Assembly (NCBI GenBank): GCA_017609525.1
Contig: JAFCDT010000002.1
Span: 4,885-68,884, forward strand
Length of the DNA stretch: 64,000 bases
Direction: 5' to 3'
Origin: Candidatus Woesearchaeota archaeon
Lineage (GTDB): Archaea; Nanobdellota; Nanobdellia; SCGC-AAA011-G17; JACPNG01
Shown: one piece after another, positions 62,907 to 64,000 of the stretch
Numbering within the stretch: the stretch's first letter is position 1
Layout: each line of letters opens with the position of its first letter
Position numbers and translations under genes: made by a program
The notes under the pieces: model-generated
Databases searched by the model: none
Seen by the model: only the letters and a program-made list of their open reading frames with translations
What the model was told of the DNA's origin: nothing

Positions 62907-63380
62907 ATGGTTCATAAGAGGTATATTAAAAAAGGGGGCAAAGTGTATGGTCCTTATTTCTATAAAACAGTAAGAGATAAGGACGGAAGCGTTAAAAATA
63001 TATATCTTGGAAGCGTTGAAAAAGAAAAAAAAAGTGTAGTACAACCAAAATATCTCTATGTTTTTTTAAGTTTATTCTTAATGGTTTTAGTTTTAGCTGG
63101 TTTTTATTTTAGTGAATATACAGGAAATGTTGTAAGGTTAGGAGAAATCTCTTTACCTGATTTTAAAAGCCAAAATTTAAGCAGGGGTGATTTTTTTTCT
63201 GCTAAAGTTGTTTCTGATTTGAGAGCGGCTTATTTTACAGATGATAGTGATCTCTTTAACATTAGTTCAGATGGATTTATTGAGTTTAGAGCGGAAGAAA
63301 GAGGAGAATATCCTGTGGCCATAATTGCCAAATCTGAAGAAGGATTTGAGTATCAGATTGTTAAATTTTTAATAAAATGA
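62907..63380 (+). CDS. Membrane protein with a basic cytoplasmic GPY...YLG module and one extracellular cadherin-like domain
   Basis: MVHKRYIKKGGKVYGPYFYKTVRDKDGSVKNIYLG, TM, YTGNVV, DDSDLFNISSDGFIEF. Confidence 0.78.
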   Translation: MVHKRYIKKGGKVYGPYFYKTVRDKDGSVKNIYLGSVEKEKKSVVQPKYLYVFLSLFLMVLVLAGFYFSEYTGNVVRLGEISLPDFKSQNLSRGDFFSAKVVSDLRAAYFTDDSDLFNISSDGFIEFRAEERGEYPVAIIAKSEEGFEYQIVKFLIK

Positions 63381-64000
63381 AAAAAACGTGGTTTATACTC
63401 ATTTTTGTATTTTTAATAAGTATTGTAATTGCTACTAATCCTGTTTTTGATGAAGGTTTGCCTCCAGATGGAGTTACTTTGACTGAAGATGTTGCTGTTT
63501 ATTATGATATTAATGCAAGCGATGCAGAAGATGGTGATGAAAGTTCTGGGAATCTCACTTATAGCGATGATACTGATTTGTTTGATATTAATGAAACAAC
63601 CGGGATTATTAGTTTTACTCCTGACAATAACAGTGTGGGGGTTTATAACTCAACATACAATAATTCTGTGGCTATAATTGTGAAAGATTCCACTGAAGAG
63701 GCCACTATAGACATCTGGACATTTGAGATTGTGGCTGTTAATGATGCACCGAACATAACCACTGTTAGTTTAGCTGATGCTACAGAAGATAGTGCTTATA
63801 CTGCCACTATTGAGGCGACTGATGAAGAAGGAAATACTCCTCTTGGGTTTGAAGCAAATGAAACTTTTGTGAATATGACAAATCTAACAGCTACTAGCGG
63901 GATAATAGCTTTCACGCCCAATAACACCCAGGTTGGAACATGGAATATTAATATTACTGTAACCGATAGTAATGGGAGCGACTCTAAGAGTGGGAGCAAG
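63377..64000 (+). CDS. Secreted cadherin/Ig-repeat protein (runs off the window)
   Basis: Manual translation MKKTWFILIFVFLISIVIA...LTEDVAVYYDINASDAEDGD...LFDINETTGIISFTP...AVNDAP; ATGA overlap with the previous gene. Confidence 0.85.
   Translation, partial: MKKTWFILIFVFLISIVIATNPVFDEGLPPDGVTLTEDVAVYYDINASDAEDGDESSGNLTYSDDTDLFDINETTGIISFTPDNNSVGVYNSTYNNSVAIIVKDSTEEATIDIWTFEIVAVNDAPNITTVSLADATEDSAYTATIEATDEEGNTPLGFEANETFVNMTNLTATSGIIAFTPNNTQVGTWNINITVTDSNGSDSKSGSK

Overview
AT-rich archaeal chromosome segment using the standard genetic code, most consistent with a DPANN lineage (Woesearchaeota/Nanobdellota-like), based on the fused PriS-PriL primase, histone, Topo VI and CCA-less tRNAs. 1-16.7 kb: replication/translation core (MoxR ATPase, RFC, IleRS, TBP, MCM, RPA, aIF2b, aIF1A, Dim2, Topo VI) containing an ArmA/RmtB-like 16S rRNA methyltransferase, plus a free-standing LAGLIDADG endonuclease. 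17-20.2 kb: a frameshifted, Cys-rich secreted mosaic gene with exact internal DNA repeats. 20.3-27 kb: five tRNAs, a split bacterial-type MetRS, gmd and a histone. 27.2-43 kb: the large ribosomal protein operon (L3 to L14e, SecY, prefoldin, primase) behind a structured 5' leader. 43-64 kb: a cell-surface region with an MNT-HEPN module, an unannotated RHH regulator, an S74-chaperone fibre adhesin, a tandem-HTH regulator with a repeated 17-bp palindromic motif, cadherin-like proteins, and a gene cluster whose architecture suggests a donor-strand-complemented (WxL/CS1-like) fibre system. That cluster is the best candidate here for an undescribed system. All calls are from manual motif recognition; no searches were run.
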